Assembly (NCBI RefSeq): GCF_018350175.1
Contig: NC_058375.1
Location: forward strand, 105,710,001-105,774,000
Reading direction: 5' to 3'
Length of the DNA stretch: 64,000 bases
Origin: Felis catus
Lineage: Eukaryota
Under the pieces are notes generated by a model that was given only the letters and a program-made list of their open reading frames with translations, had not been told where the DNA came from and made no database searches. Positions within the stretch are counted from its first letter, which is position 1. Each line of letters begins with the position of its first letter. A program made the position numbers and the translations under genes. This document shows positions 36,000 to 48,100 of this stretch, in pieces.

Positions 36000-37300
36000 C
36001 ACAGATCAGAGCCTCTAATAAATTCAGGATCTCCAACTTTGGAAAATCACCCTCTCCCAATCCTTACAAGAAGCTATTTCAAACTTCCACCTCACTCCTC
36101 AAGTTTCTTTCATCACTACTTCTTCCTTTATCTCAGCAGCTGCCACATCTGTCTTCAGAGAAAATAGTAGTAATGTGAGAATTCCACCAACTTCTTGGGC
36201 CCTCTCCAGATGCCCTTAGGGACATCCTCACATCTTGGTCATCCCAGTAGATGAGGCATCTGTATCTCCTGTCCAAGGTCCACCTTCCCACCTTCCTATA
36301 AGTTCCATGTACCCAGGGCCTAGCTATGGCCATCTTGCCTGTCACTGTACACTTTGTATTTTGCATACTACCTGGCATATAGCAGGTGTTAACTATTAAC
36401 ACGTTGGTTGAATAAATCTGTCCTCTTTATCTCCTACTTACAAGCTTTATTCCCTGGGTCTTCAAATCCTTTCTCCTTCCTCTATTTTTAACCTTTCCTT
36501 TTTTTACTGACATTTTCCCCTCAGCATCTACACATGCTCAAGTATCTCACATGATTAAAAAAAAAATTCTCAACTTTCCCCTGATCCTTGTCTGTATTTA
36601 GCCATCTCTCCATTTCTTTCTTCCCTTCACAGCTAAACTTCTAGAGTCAACTAGAATTGCGGTATGCATTTCCTTCTACTCATTCACTTCTCAATCATCT
36701 TATTATTATTTTTTTGCCCCCATCAACCCACTGAGATTGTTCTCATCAAGGCCACTAATGACCTCTTTGTCACATTCAATGAACAGTTCTTCAGACTTTA
36801 TCCTTTTGCCCTCCTTATGGCATTTGACCCTACTGGCCCCTCCTTCCTTGAAACACTCTCCTCTTTTGGCTCCTGGGTCCTTCTTTCTCTTGACAGAGAC
36901 TAGGCGTTTAATAAAAATAGGTAGTCTTAAATGAATGAGTGACTTAACTTCTATTACCATGGCCTCTCTCTCTCTCTCAGCCTTGTCTGATCTCTCCGTA
37001 TGTGCTGGTGTTCCCTAGGGTCACGTCCGTACCCATCTCTTCTTGCTTTACACATTCTCATTGGTCAAGATAACCCACACCAAACATTACAATAATGACT
37101 AATGTGCTGTTCCCCATAAAACCTAGCTATTCAACCTGGGTCTTTCTCCAGAGCTCTAAACTCACTTTTACAATTGTTTATTGGATACTTCCATATGGAC
37201 TTGCCATAGGTCTTTACGACTTAGTGTAAAGACAGGAAGCTTGTCTTTTATCTTTGTATCCCCAGCACTTAGTGATAATGCCCAGAGTTTGGTTAATGGA
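36000..37300. mobile_element. Degenerate L2 LINE fragments
   Basis: Pyrimidine-rich L2-like motifs (CCCTTCACAGCTAAACTTCT, CTCCTTCCTTGAAACACTCTCCTC). Confidence 0.55.
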
Positions 37301-38087
37301 GGAAGATGTAAACGCATCAAAGATGTGAACTATTTCCAGCTACGTCAGGCTGAAGTCTTGGTTGACTGCTTCAAATTGCACTGCATTTTCTTTTCCTGAA
37401 ATGATACGAGTACTGATTTTAACCATGGTGCATCCTCAGTGAAACAGAAACATAGGAATGTTCCCTTCTGCCTATTTTCCCAGATAACTGAAGTTTATCC
37501 AATTACGTGCAAAACATTTTCATTCTAACTGTTTCAAATAGGGCTTATTCAAAAAGGGATTATTAATCTCCTGTGGATTATACAGTGGAAAGAACATGAC
37601 TGGGTCGTTAAGACCTCAATTGAGCTATTGGAGTATGGCTTTGGATAAATCACTTCTAAGGCTGAGTCTGTCATCTGTTTGAGCGGCCACTTTCCCTGCT
37701 TGCCTACCTCACAGGATCAAGTGAGATAATGCAGGTGAAATGTTTGGTAAATCCAAAAGTGTTTCACACATTTAAGATGCCACCATTTAGCCAATTTTTT
37801 GCTTACTCAGAGGAAGCACCGTGAACTTAATTGTACAGGAAACCAGTGAGGATGCTGAAGGATAGAATATGCATGGTTAATACTGTTGGCTCCTCTTCTG
37901 TATGGCCACGAGTGCTAGTTTTCATTTTTTTGTTTTCCTAGTCTCCTCTTTCGATCTCTGTGAATTCTCATTGTTATCCTGTTCTTGCTTCTAAAACCTC
38001 CTCTTTCCTCTTTTAATTTGCTGCTAATTATATGCTGTGGGTTTGGAGATTACTAAAAATGGGTATAGATTAAGAGAAAATCAAACA

Positions 38088-38305
38088 GGGGCACCTGGGT
38101 GGCTCAGTCGGTTAAGCAACTGACCAGCTCAGGTCATGATCTCGCAGTTTGTGAGTTCGAGCCCCACGTTGGGCTCTGTGCTGACAGCTCGGAGCCTGGA
38201 GCCTGCTTCGGATTCTGTGTCTCCCTCTCTCTCTGCGCCTCCTCCACTCACACTCTGTCTCTCTTTCCTTCAAAAATAAATACACATTAAAAAATTAAAT
38301 AAATA
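38088..38305 (+). mobile_element. Can-SINE
   Basis: TSD AAGAGAAAATCAAA. Confidence 0.85.
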
Positions 38306-38699
38306 AAAGAGAAAATCAAAGAAAGACTTGTCTATGAGTGAATTAAATGAACAATATTCCATGGGACTGTTGTGTTGCTACTGTTTCCCCCTTATCTCCT
38401 GCTTCTTGGGTGGGTTTTAAATTTATTCTTTCAGCCAATATTGATTGAGCAGGGTGTGTGAGGCACTCGGCAGGCACTAAGGCATCATCCCTGCCCTCAT
38501 GGAGTTTACAGTCTAGTGGGGATGCAGTTAAAAAGCCACAAATTACAGTGAAGAGGGTAATTATAATAGGGGAGGTATACGGTTCAATAGCACTATGCAT
38601 CAGAAGGGTCTAACCTGGTTTAGGGACTTGTGATGGCTCCACAGATTTGACTTTCCAGCTGAGACCTGAAGGCTGAGTAGAATTAAGTAGGCAGGGAAG

Positions 38700-38701
<2 letters not shown>

Positions 38702-38750
<49 letters not shown>
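38702..38750. repeat. (GT)n microsatellite
   Basis: About 24 perfect units. Confidence 0.95.
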
Positions 38751-38752
<2 letters not shown>

Positions 38753-39039
38753 GAGTTCCAGGCAGAGACACAAGAAGGGGGAAAGTCTAGAACACAGAAT
38801 GAGGTGGAAGGAGGGAAACAACAATCACGCACGGTGAGTACTGGAGGAATTGAGACAATTACAACACAGCTGGAGCCCAGGACAAGGGACAGAGAGAGCT
38901 GAGCACAAGGAGCACACAAGAGGAGAAGCCAGAGAGGTTAGTGGGTAAGGAATTGGCAGAGAATTCTGGACTCAGAAAGTATTACTGTATTTGCAACTTC
39001 TTGTATTCACACTTCTCTTATTTTCCAATTAGATTGCAC

Positions 39040-39700
39040 ATTTTTAAATGTTTATTTCTTTTTGACAGAGAGAGAGAGAGAGAGAGTGCCAGCAGGGGAG
39101 GGACAGGGAGGGGCAGACAGCACAGAGCCTGACGTGGCACTGGATCCCAGGAACCGTGAGATCATGACCTGAGCTGATATCAAGAGATGGGCACTCAACC
39201 AACTGAGCCACCCAGGCACCCCAGATGGCACATTCCTTTTATTTTTAAAAAAAAAAAATTTTAACGTTTATTTATTTTTGAGACAGAGAGAGACAGAGCA
39301 TGAACAGGGGAGGGGCAGAGAGAGAGGGAGACACAGAATCTGAAACAGGCTCCAGGCTCTGAGCTGTCAGCACAGAGCCTGACGCGGGGCTCGAACTCAC
39401 GGACCGTGAGATCGTGACCTGGCTGAAGTCGGACGCTTAACCGACTGCGCCACCCAGGCGCCCCAAGCACATTCCTTTTAAAAAGGACTCTCGGGGAGCC
39501 TGGATGGCTCAGCTGGTTGAACGTCTGACTTTGGCTCAGGTTGAAGCCCTGGGTTCAAGCCCTGCATCAGGTTCTGTGCTGACAGCTCAGAGCCCGGAGC
39601 CTGCTTGGGATTCTGTGCCTCCCTCTCTCTCTGCTCCTCCCCCGCTCACACTCTCTCTCTCAAAAGTAAGCATTAACAAATAATAAAAAATAAATAAAAA
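39040..39700. mobile_element. Can-SINE cluster (two antisense, one sense)
   Basis: Young antisense copy ~39245-39464 with TSD GCACATTCCTTTTA, and sense copy 39493-39700 with TSD AAAAAGGACTCTC. Confidence 0.85.
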
Positions 39701-41199
39701 GGACTCTCACTGTCCCTGTGATTTTGGTAGTATCACTGTCCCCAGAATGTATGATCAGTGAATTAATCAGAGCATACGGGATCAGGACCCTGCCATGTTC
39801 ATTACGAGGTAGAATTTACTGCCTCATCATCTTGTGAGGAAATGAGCCGGAAAGGTTTGGGAATCACCTAAGGCCCTTAATCTGCCATCGACTAGCTTTC
39901 GAATTCGGGGACAGGTTATTTCACCTCTTGAAGCCTCTCAACCATGGAGTCCGTGTCATGTGGATGGCCTCTATTCCGGAACTTCAATTTACTCTTCAAC
40001 TTTTGCAAGCCAACCCACTTTCCAACCCTTCCCCTTCTGCTAGAACTTCTTGTAAAATCACCAAAGCCCAAGGTCTCTCATCAGGCCTCATCCTGTGCAA
40101 GCTATATGCCGATCCAGTGGGCCCTCCCTCCGCTAAAAACTTATTGGAGCCTCTAACCCATTCCCACTGAGCTAATGATTTCTTTCTCCTGATTCAAAAT
40201 GCTGAATGTCTCCCCACTGCCCACAGAAGTGTGAACCCTTGAGCAAATCTGTTAAAGCCTACCATGATCTGCCTTTTCCTTCTTTCCTTCTCTCTCAAGG
40301 AACTTCTCTCTCAGCGCTTCCTGAGTATGCTCTACATTACCTTTAATTGTTGGATGGCTTATGGTTATCCCCATCATCTGGGAAGCACTTCTTCACCATC
40401 TCTGCCTCGTAAATAGTTGAATCCATTCTCCTCATTCTGCCTTGTCAGCCCTCCTCTCAGAAATAACCTAAACATCTCTTTACTCTCATTATTCTTCCAA
40501 TTTCTACTAAAGCTAATGACGTCATTTGACTTGCATTACAGTTACACTTGCTTAAGTTTATCTCCCTGTCCAGACTGTCAGATTCTTGATGGTAAACATT
40601 TGGGCCTCATTCAGAAACTGTCTTACCTTCATCCCTATAGCAGCTACAAAGCACCGTAAGTAGCTGCGTTTCCTCTAGTGGTTCAGTGCTGTGCTGACAC
40701 CTGCTGGTCACATCTGGCTTGGTCGCCCTGGCCCCAGCACCTTCCTCTCTAGGGTTAAGGGCAGAGACAGTCCATGCCACCCCTTACCCAGGCAGGCACT
40801 GGAGGCCTATGCTCGTGATACCGCTGCCCCAAGCACCACCCTCCCCTGGAGACTCCAGGGACACGCTCACACCTGCTGGTCTCTGGTCTGCCTCTGGCAT
40901 CTCCAGCCTAAGCTCAATTCAATCTTCAAAACCTTCCCCACTGACCCCTACTCCAGCAATTTGTACTTCATATCATTCCCAGTACCACAAAAATCGAAGA
41001 TCTCAAGGAACTGGGCATCGAGGAAAGAAAGAAGCAAACAATTTGAGACCAGGGGATGTGCAATCCCTCCTCATGACCTCAAATCAAGGCTATTTCCTCC
41101 AGAATGCTTGGTATTCCTTTTAACCTTTGTTGTATTTCTGGGAGGCTCTTGGGCCACAGACCTTCTTAGAGACAGTGTGATGAACCGGAGGTTGAGCAC

Positions 41200-41322
41200 C
41201 GAGTTGGTAGGCGGGGCTTCAGGGGTGGGGCCAAGCCAAAGAGCCTCTCACTTAGGAGCTTCTCCATTCTATCAGCTCTCCCGGGACACCCAAAGCAAGA
41301 CTGGCACCAGTGCACACAGCAG
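41200..41322 (+). promoter_or_regulatory. TNFAIP8L2: TNFAIP8L2 promoter and non-coding exon 1
   Basis: GC boxes (AGGCGGGGC, GGGGTGGGG at 41209-41230) followed by a strong donor CAG|GTGAGG (GT at 41323-24). Confidence 0.55.
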
Positions 41323-42969
41323 GTGAGGGGCCAGCAATGACAGGAGGGTAGTCTTTAGGGGTGGTGGTGGCAGAAAGGTCCCAGCCCTGCCAGCCTGAGC
41401 CTTCCATATTGTGAGACTCTCACTTGACAGAATTCTTGGGTCCTCAGCAGAAAGGTCCAACTCAGTTTTCCCCGGGGCAAGGATGCCTCAGAAAGAAAGA
41501 TGGGGTTTGGGACAGTGTAGAGGCAGGGCCGAGGCATGGGGGTGATGTGGGTGTGCAACGGAGTATGGAGACATGTAAGGACGTCCTAGGAGACACGGGG
41601 GGTAGACATAAGGGCCAGAGGGGGAGCTGGAGCAGAGGGTCGCAGGGCAGGACCCAGACAAGAGAAAAAGAGAGACTGAAACAGGGAGGGAGAGGACAGT
41701 GGAGCAAATGGGAGATACCAACGGGTGCAATGAAGAGCTGGGGAACAGGAAGGCCGAGGAGGAAGGCAGGCTCGCGTGGAGCAATCTCCTCTTCCGGCTG
41801 TGGAGCCCGGGCCAGAAAACCCCAGGCAGGCCCAGGAGCAAAGCAGTTTTTCAGGCTCCCATTGAACCGGTACAGCTGGGGAAGAAACCCCTGCCCCAGT
41901 CAATAGCACCCATCTGCCCTGAGTCTTCAGGCTCCCATTTGGGTTTGGGGGAGAGGGCGAGGCTGCTCCTCACTGCGGTCACAGCCACATCCTGCAGCGC
42001 AGGGTAGGGGGAAGTAAGAAGCAAAACAACCAGAACCACGGGCGAAGACCACGGGGAGAGAACCCTGGATATATGCCAGTGATGTGCCACCAGGAGGGTC
42101 CTGGGGTCAGTCCCAGGAGAAGACTGCAGGCCTCCAGGACCGCCTGCCCCCTCCCGCCCTGGGGTGCTTGTTTCTCATGCTCACATGTGCATGGACCTCA
42201 CTGAGAACATTCCAGGGAAGGAGGTTTCTTCGGATTATTTAGTTCAAAGCTCATTATCATTTGCTATAGCGACTTTGGCCAAGTTGCTTAATTCCTCTTA
42301 GCTTCAGTGTTCTCACCGTACGACGGTGACACTGACCTAACGAAGGGTCGGGAAGACAATTCCCATAAAGTACTTGGCACATAGGTTCTCAATAAACGTT
42401 AGTTGTTATTTTTATTAGGACTCCTGAGATCCCCCACCCCCACCCCATTTCTTTACAGACAGTAGAGCACACGAGCTGACATGGGCTTTTGGGGCCAGAA
42501 AAACGGTGGCATTTGACATTGGGTAAATTCTTTAAAGCGAGCTTCAGTTTGCTCAGCTGTAAAACAGAGAGTCATAGCCACACCTCATAGACACATGGCA
42601 CACAGTCAGCGTCCACAAGTGTAGAATGATCAGCCAGGTAAGGCGGATCTTCTCCACTGTAGGGCAGCAATGGCCTACTTCCCCTTGAGACTTCACGTGT
42701 GAGGCCGAGCCCCTGTGAGCCTTCACTCCTCCAGCCAAAGCTATAACTGCTCCTCTGGGTTTAGAAATCAAAATTTCCTACAGTACCACTTGAAAAGAAA
42801 TGGGAACAGGCCTAGAGAACCGAGGGGGCCCAGGGGAAAAAGATGAAATGATGACAATGGGCAAGAAACCAGAGTAAGGGGGAAAAGCCATGTCTCTCTT
42901 TCTAAGGATGCCTGTGGCTGTCTTCTGGCGACTAACCACATGCCCCCACCGCCCCCTTCCCCAGGCACT

Positions 42970-43524
42970 ATGGAGTCCTTCAGCTCAAAGAGTCTGGCAC
43001 TACAGGCGGAGAAGAAGCTACTGAGTAAGATGGCAGGTCGGTCCGTGGCTCATCTGTTCATCGACGAGACCAGCAGCGCGGTGCTAGATGAGCTCTACCG
43101 TGTTTCCAAAGAGTACACGCACAGCCGGCCCCAGGCCCAGCGGGTGATCAAGGACCTGATCAAGGTGGCGGTCAAGGTGGCCGTGCTGCACCGCAGCGGT
43201 TGCTTTGGCCCCGGTGAGCTGGCCCTGGCCGCCCGCTTCCGCCAAAAGCTGCGGCAGGGCGCCATGACGGCACTCAGCTTTGGCGAGGTGGACTTCACCT
43301 TTGAGGCTGCGGTGCTGGCTGGCCTGCTGACCGAGTGCCGGGATGTGCTGCTGGAGCTGGTGGAGCACCACCTCACACCCAAGTCACACGGCCGCATCCG
43401 CCACGTGTTCGATCACTTCTCTGACGCGGGCCTGCTCACCGCCCTCTACGGGCCTGACTTCACTCAGCACCTGGGCAAGATCTGTGATGGGCTCAGGAAG
43501 ATGCTGGATGAGGGGAAACTCTGA
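42970..43524 (+). CDS. TNFAIP8L2: TNF alpha-induced protein 8-like 2 (TIPE2), single coding exon, 184 aa
   Basis: MESFSSKSLALQAEKKLLSKMAGRSVAHLFIDETSS...KICDGLRKMLDEGKL* is the TIPE-family sequence. ATG at 42970 is in good Kozak context (ACTATGG). Confidence 0.97.
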   Translation: MESFSSKSLALQAEKKLLSKMAGRSVAHLFIDETSSAVLDELYRVSKEYTHSRPQAQRVIKDLIKVAVKVAVLHRSGCFGPGELALAARFRQKLRQGAMTALSFGEVDFTFEAAVLAGLLTECRDVLLELVEHHLTPKSHGRIRHVFDHFSDAGLLTALYGPDFTQHLGKICDGLRKMLDEGKL

Positions 43525-44025
43525 GGGCCCTGGAACCCAGCACAAACCACCTTGGCCAGAGAGCTGACTGAAGAAACAACCCGGAACGAGCTTTCTAACC
43601 CTGCTCATCTGCACTAATGCTTGTCAGTCCTCGGGCTTCGTCTTTCCTAAGAGTGCTTTGGACTCTGAGACCACCCCACCCCCGAATTGCTGGTGGAGAA
43701 GAAGCAAAGCTGAGGGTTGAGGCCTCTCTCCCACTCCAGCCCCAGGACAGGAAACAAAGCTGCCTGAAAAAGACGAAGTGAAACTTGGATCTCTATTTCC
43801 CCCATAAGGGACATTTGAAACAGGGAAGCCCCCTCCCCTGTGAACCAGGGTAAGAGGGCATAGCCCATCTAACCCGTCAGGGGACCCTAAAGACAGAAGT
43901 GGGAGTGGGGGCCCCTTAGAGCCATCCTAGACCTCCAGCTCCAAGTAGAGCCTGGATGGACACCAGAGGCTCTGTTCCAGAGTGCAGGAAGAAGGGGCTA
44001 GGGCAGGGGAGATTCTCACAGGGGA

Positions 44026-44031
44026 AATAAA
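44026..44031 (+). terminator. TNFAIP8L2 poly(A) signal
   Basis: AATAAA about 500 nt after the stop. Confidence 0.7.
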
Positions 44032-44059
44032 ACTACTAAAGCATGCACAGGGCTCAGTG

Positions 44060-44065
44060 TTTAAT
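44060..44065 (-). terminator. Candidate LYSMD1 poly(A) signal
   Basis: TTTAAT on + (ATTAAA on -), about 1.1 kb downstream of the LYSMD1 stop. Confidence 0.5.
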
Positions 44066-45167
44066 CTCTCCAGCTTCTTACACCTTATGACCATCACAGA
44101 GGTGAGGGAAAGAGAAACACTGCTTATCTAGCCTCTCACCATTTCCAGACAGACAGAGGCATAGTGCCAGTAGTATTGGGGTTCCCTTGCCTACTGCTGC
44201 TTAAGAAACTCTAAAAGAAAAAAAAAAAAAAAAAACCAGTACCACAGATCAGTGCTACAGATTGCAAATAAATATGCAGTGAGGAGCAAGGCATAGATCA
44301 ACAGCGCTGGTGGGGAGGGAGTGTAACAAAGAAACTCCGGCACCAGCAAGTCTCCCCCAACTGTCCTCCTCCTCAAACTCCAAAGTAATTCCTCTGTCAT
44401 CCTTTAGCCTCACACATGCTGAACAGAGGAGCAGGTCAGAAGGGTGAACTGGTGATGTGGAGAGTTCCAGTTCCTATGTTGCTGCTTTTTCTCAGAGCAA
44501 GAGTTATAAACAAATTATAGTGGACTGGTTGGTTAAGACTGAGCCCAAATTCTTTACATTGAGACTGGGGAAAAGCCCCAGCACGGTCCGCCATTCTCTG
44601 CAGAGGGGCTAGATCACGGATTGCCCCACCCTCAGTGACATGCTTGGCTAAGGTGGGGAAGGTGGGGAGCCAGCGGGCATTGGCTTACTACTCCTGGGCT
44701 CCCTTCACCCCAGAGTTATAGAAATACCATTTTTCAGTTATAAGAGGGAAACGTACGATACAGCAAATAAATACTACTTCAATATAGCACCAAATAAATT
44801 AGGTAACATAGTTGGAGACGGAGAGGAAGGAGGCTGGGGGCTGAGGGAGTCCTCGCCACCCTGTTCTAAGGCCAAGGGAAGGTAAAAGGGACGGGGAAGC
44901 CAACAGGGACGTAAAAAGAGCCTTTTGAATCTGAAGGACAGCTCTAGATTCAGACAAAGAACTGAGGAGGGGTCTGTTCCCCATCCTCTACTCTTGCCAA
45001 TCAAGCTGACCCGGGCCAAGGAACTCTAGATCAACGAGAAGGCTGGAACGAAGGCAGGAGGGAGGGAGGCGGGCCGGGAAGCCGTGTTCTTGAGCCTCAC
45101 CTCAGGCTCCTCTCCCCCTCAAGTTGCTACTTCAACATCTTGCTTCTCCCAATCATTTCTGGGGACA

Positions 45168-48100
45168 TCAGAGTTTGAAGATTTCATCCTCCTGGTCCCG
45201 AAGTGTCCGGGTCCGAGAGGTCCGGGTCAACGGGACCGGACCTAGGACTGCTCGCTGCTGCATCCGAGGGGAACTCAGGTGAAGGCCTGACTCCTCCCCA
45301 GGTACCCTGCAGGTGAGGAAAGGGGGCAAAGTGACAGGTCAGGGGAAGAACCTGAGAAAGGGCCCACTGAAAAGGTATAGGGGAAGCTGTCCTCCTCTCC
45401 TAGTATACATGAGCTGCTTGCTCTCAGATGGAGTCTCGTTACCCTCTCTGTAAATTCTAACCATTAACGCTCCTTCACGGATCATCAGAGCCATAACAAC
45501 ACTCAACTATTTTACTCCAATGAGAATATAAAACCATTTCCCGCTGCTCTACCCGTCCCAGCAGCCATTGGCTCTGTCGTTGTTTCAGGGCCATCTGGGG
45601 GAAAGGCTTCACATCGCTTCTGCTAACACTGTGCTTACTTACTTGTGTGTCTGGTCAGGCAAGGCTGGAAGAATGAAGAAGTCTATGGAGGGGCGTAAAA
45701 GGAACCATTCAAGACTCACCCACTTTCCCCCTTTTTCAGCTTCTGGGCAGCAGCCTTCTTTGACAGGCTGATCTGTGAATCAAGCTTCTTAAGGAAATCA
45801 GAGGCAGAGAGGTCATGGATGGGAGTGTGGGATTCCCAGCCAGGTGTGGGAAGGACTTCACCGTTAGCACGTCCTGAACCTGTTTCTCGTTTCTTCCTGT
45901 CAGCTGAGTGTGGCTGAACTTCATCCTTACTTGACTGTACTTCTTCCTCTCCCTCTTTCTCTTCCTCAGAATCCAAACCATTGAACAGGTCTCTGGGCTC
46001 TGTCAGGATGGGGATGTAGAGGGTTTTCTTCAGGAAGATGGAGTCATTAGTATAAAGGCGGTTTGCACGCTTAATCTGTTCCATCTTTAAAAAAAAGTCA
46101 CCGCAATTAATGACAGTAGTAATGATCAATCTTCTATCTGTACAGCACCTCAGGCCTTTTAAAGTGATTGTACAGAGTCTTATTTGACCCTATAACAACC
46201 AAGCTAAAATACAGAGGGTTGATTTTATTCCTATTTTATTTTTTAGGGTATTTATTTATTTATTTATTTACAATATGAAATTTATTGTCAAATTGGTTTC
46301 CATACTATTCCTATTTTATTGATCAGTGGTTTTCATACTTTTTGGTTTTAGGGTCCCTTGGCATTTTAAAAAACTATTGAGGAAAAAAAAAAGCTTTCAT
46401 TTATGTAGATTATAGCTATCAATACACATTCTTATAAAGTAAAAGTGAACAAATTGAAAAATGTGTACTTATTTAAAAATAATCCATTGCATGTTAACAT
46501 AAATATGCTAATGAAAAATAACTATTTTCCAAAACAACAACAAATGGAGCAAAAAGAGAGGCAGTGCTTTATATTTTTTCAAGTCAGTTTAATGTGTGAC
46601 TTAACAGAAGACAACAGAAGATTCTCCTATCTGCCTTTTACATCTGATGGGCTATAATATTACACATCATGTAGCTTCTGAAAAATACAGTACACTTGTG
46701 AGAATGAGGATGAAAAAGACAAAGTCTTACTATCACTACTATGAAAGTAGTTTTGACCTTGTGGATCCCTGAAGAGTCTCATGCTGGGAACTTCAGTTAA
46801 AGATGAAGGAACTGAGGCTCAGACAGGTTGTTACTTGCCTAAGATTAACCAGCAAATTAATGACAAAGGTGTAATTCGAATTCTGGGCCTTTTTACTCCT
46901 TCTGGGAATGCTTTTCACACGAATATTAATAATTTTGCTGACCAAATTATTTACTTAGTACCTATTTATCCATCACTGGACATAGTGTCTGGCATGACCA
47001 TCCACTTGCCGCCCAAGGTAGAAACGAGGGTAGATGCCATCCTCAACTTACACTTTTCTTTCGCCACCCATACCCAGCTGGTCAACAAGTTACTGCAAAA
47101 AACGTCTCTTCCAGTCTTCCTCTCTCCATTTCTATGCATCTCCCCCTGCTGACATTGATATTTATTTATTGATTGATTGATTGATTAAGAGAAAGAGAAA
47201 GAGAAAGAGAAAGAGAAAGAGAAAGAGAAAGAGAGAGAGAGAGCACACGCAAGTGAGAGGAGGAGAGGGGCAGAGGGAAGGAGAGTGAGAATCTTAAGCA
47301 GGCTCTACACTGGGCTCCACACTGGACGAGGGGCTCAATCCCATGACCCTAAGATCATGGCCTAAGCTGAAGTCAACAGTTGGGCGTTCAACAGACTGAG
47401 CCATCCAGGCATCCCTGACATCTATCTTCCTAAAAAAAAATTTATCTGATCAACCCACTACCCTGTGTATAAACTTCCTATGGCCCCCCATTGGCTCAGA
47501 GATAAAATTCAAATTAGCATTCAAGGATTCTCAATCTACCCCAATATGATGTCTAGCCTCATCTCTCTTCTGCCATCTATACATTTTGCCATCCTGAACT
47601 TTTCATGTTTTTCAAACATTTTATGATCTTCCACACCTTTGTGTCTTTATCTGTCTGACACACTTCTCCACTATCCCCTTCTCTGCTGGGAAAACTTCCA
47701 CTCATCAACTGTCACTCCCTCTGTGTCACCTTCTCCAGGACTCCCAAGGTACACTGTAAACACTGCCATGTAACACCTATCACCCTATTGTACTGTTATT
47801 CACATCTTTGCACATTTGTCTTGCCCAAACTCTGTGAGTCCTTTGAGGGCGGGGATGCTGTCTCTGTATCCCAAGGCACTCCTCAGCATGACACAAATTT
47901 GGCATACAGCAGAGGTTCATTAATGCTTTATGAGTAAATAAACTAGATAACAAAATATAGAAATCTCAGATGTAGTATATTAGTAAAAATCATATGCTAT
48001 AATGTGTTTAAAATAAAATTGGATTAATCTGAACAATAAAAAAAGTTAAAATTGGCTTGCAGTTTTGTACTTTTATTTAGCCCAGTGTTTTGATGCTATT

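Noticed and set aside
40516-40525. Perfect CRE palindrome ATGACGTCAT upstream of TNFAIP8L2
   Set aside because: An isolated motif in degenerate repeat-like sequence, with no supporting context.
40691-41326. 211-aa ORF upstream of TNFAIP8L2
   Set aside because: Non-ATG start, no recognisable homology, and it overlaps the promoter.
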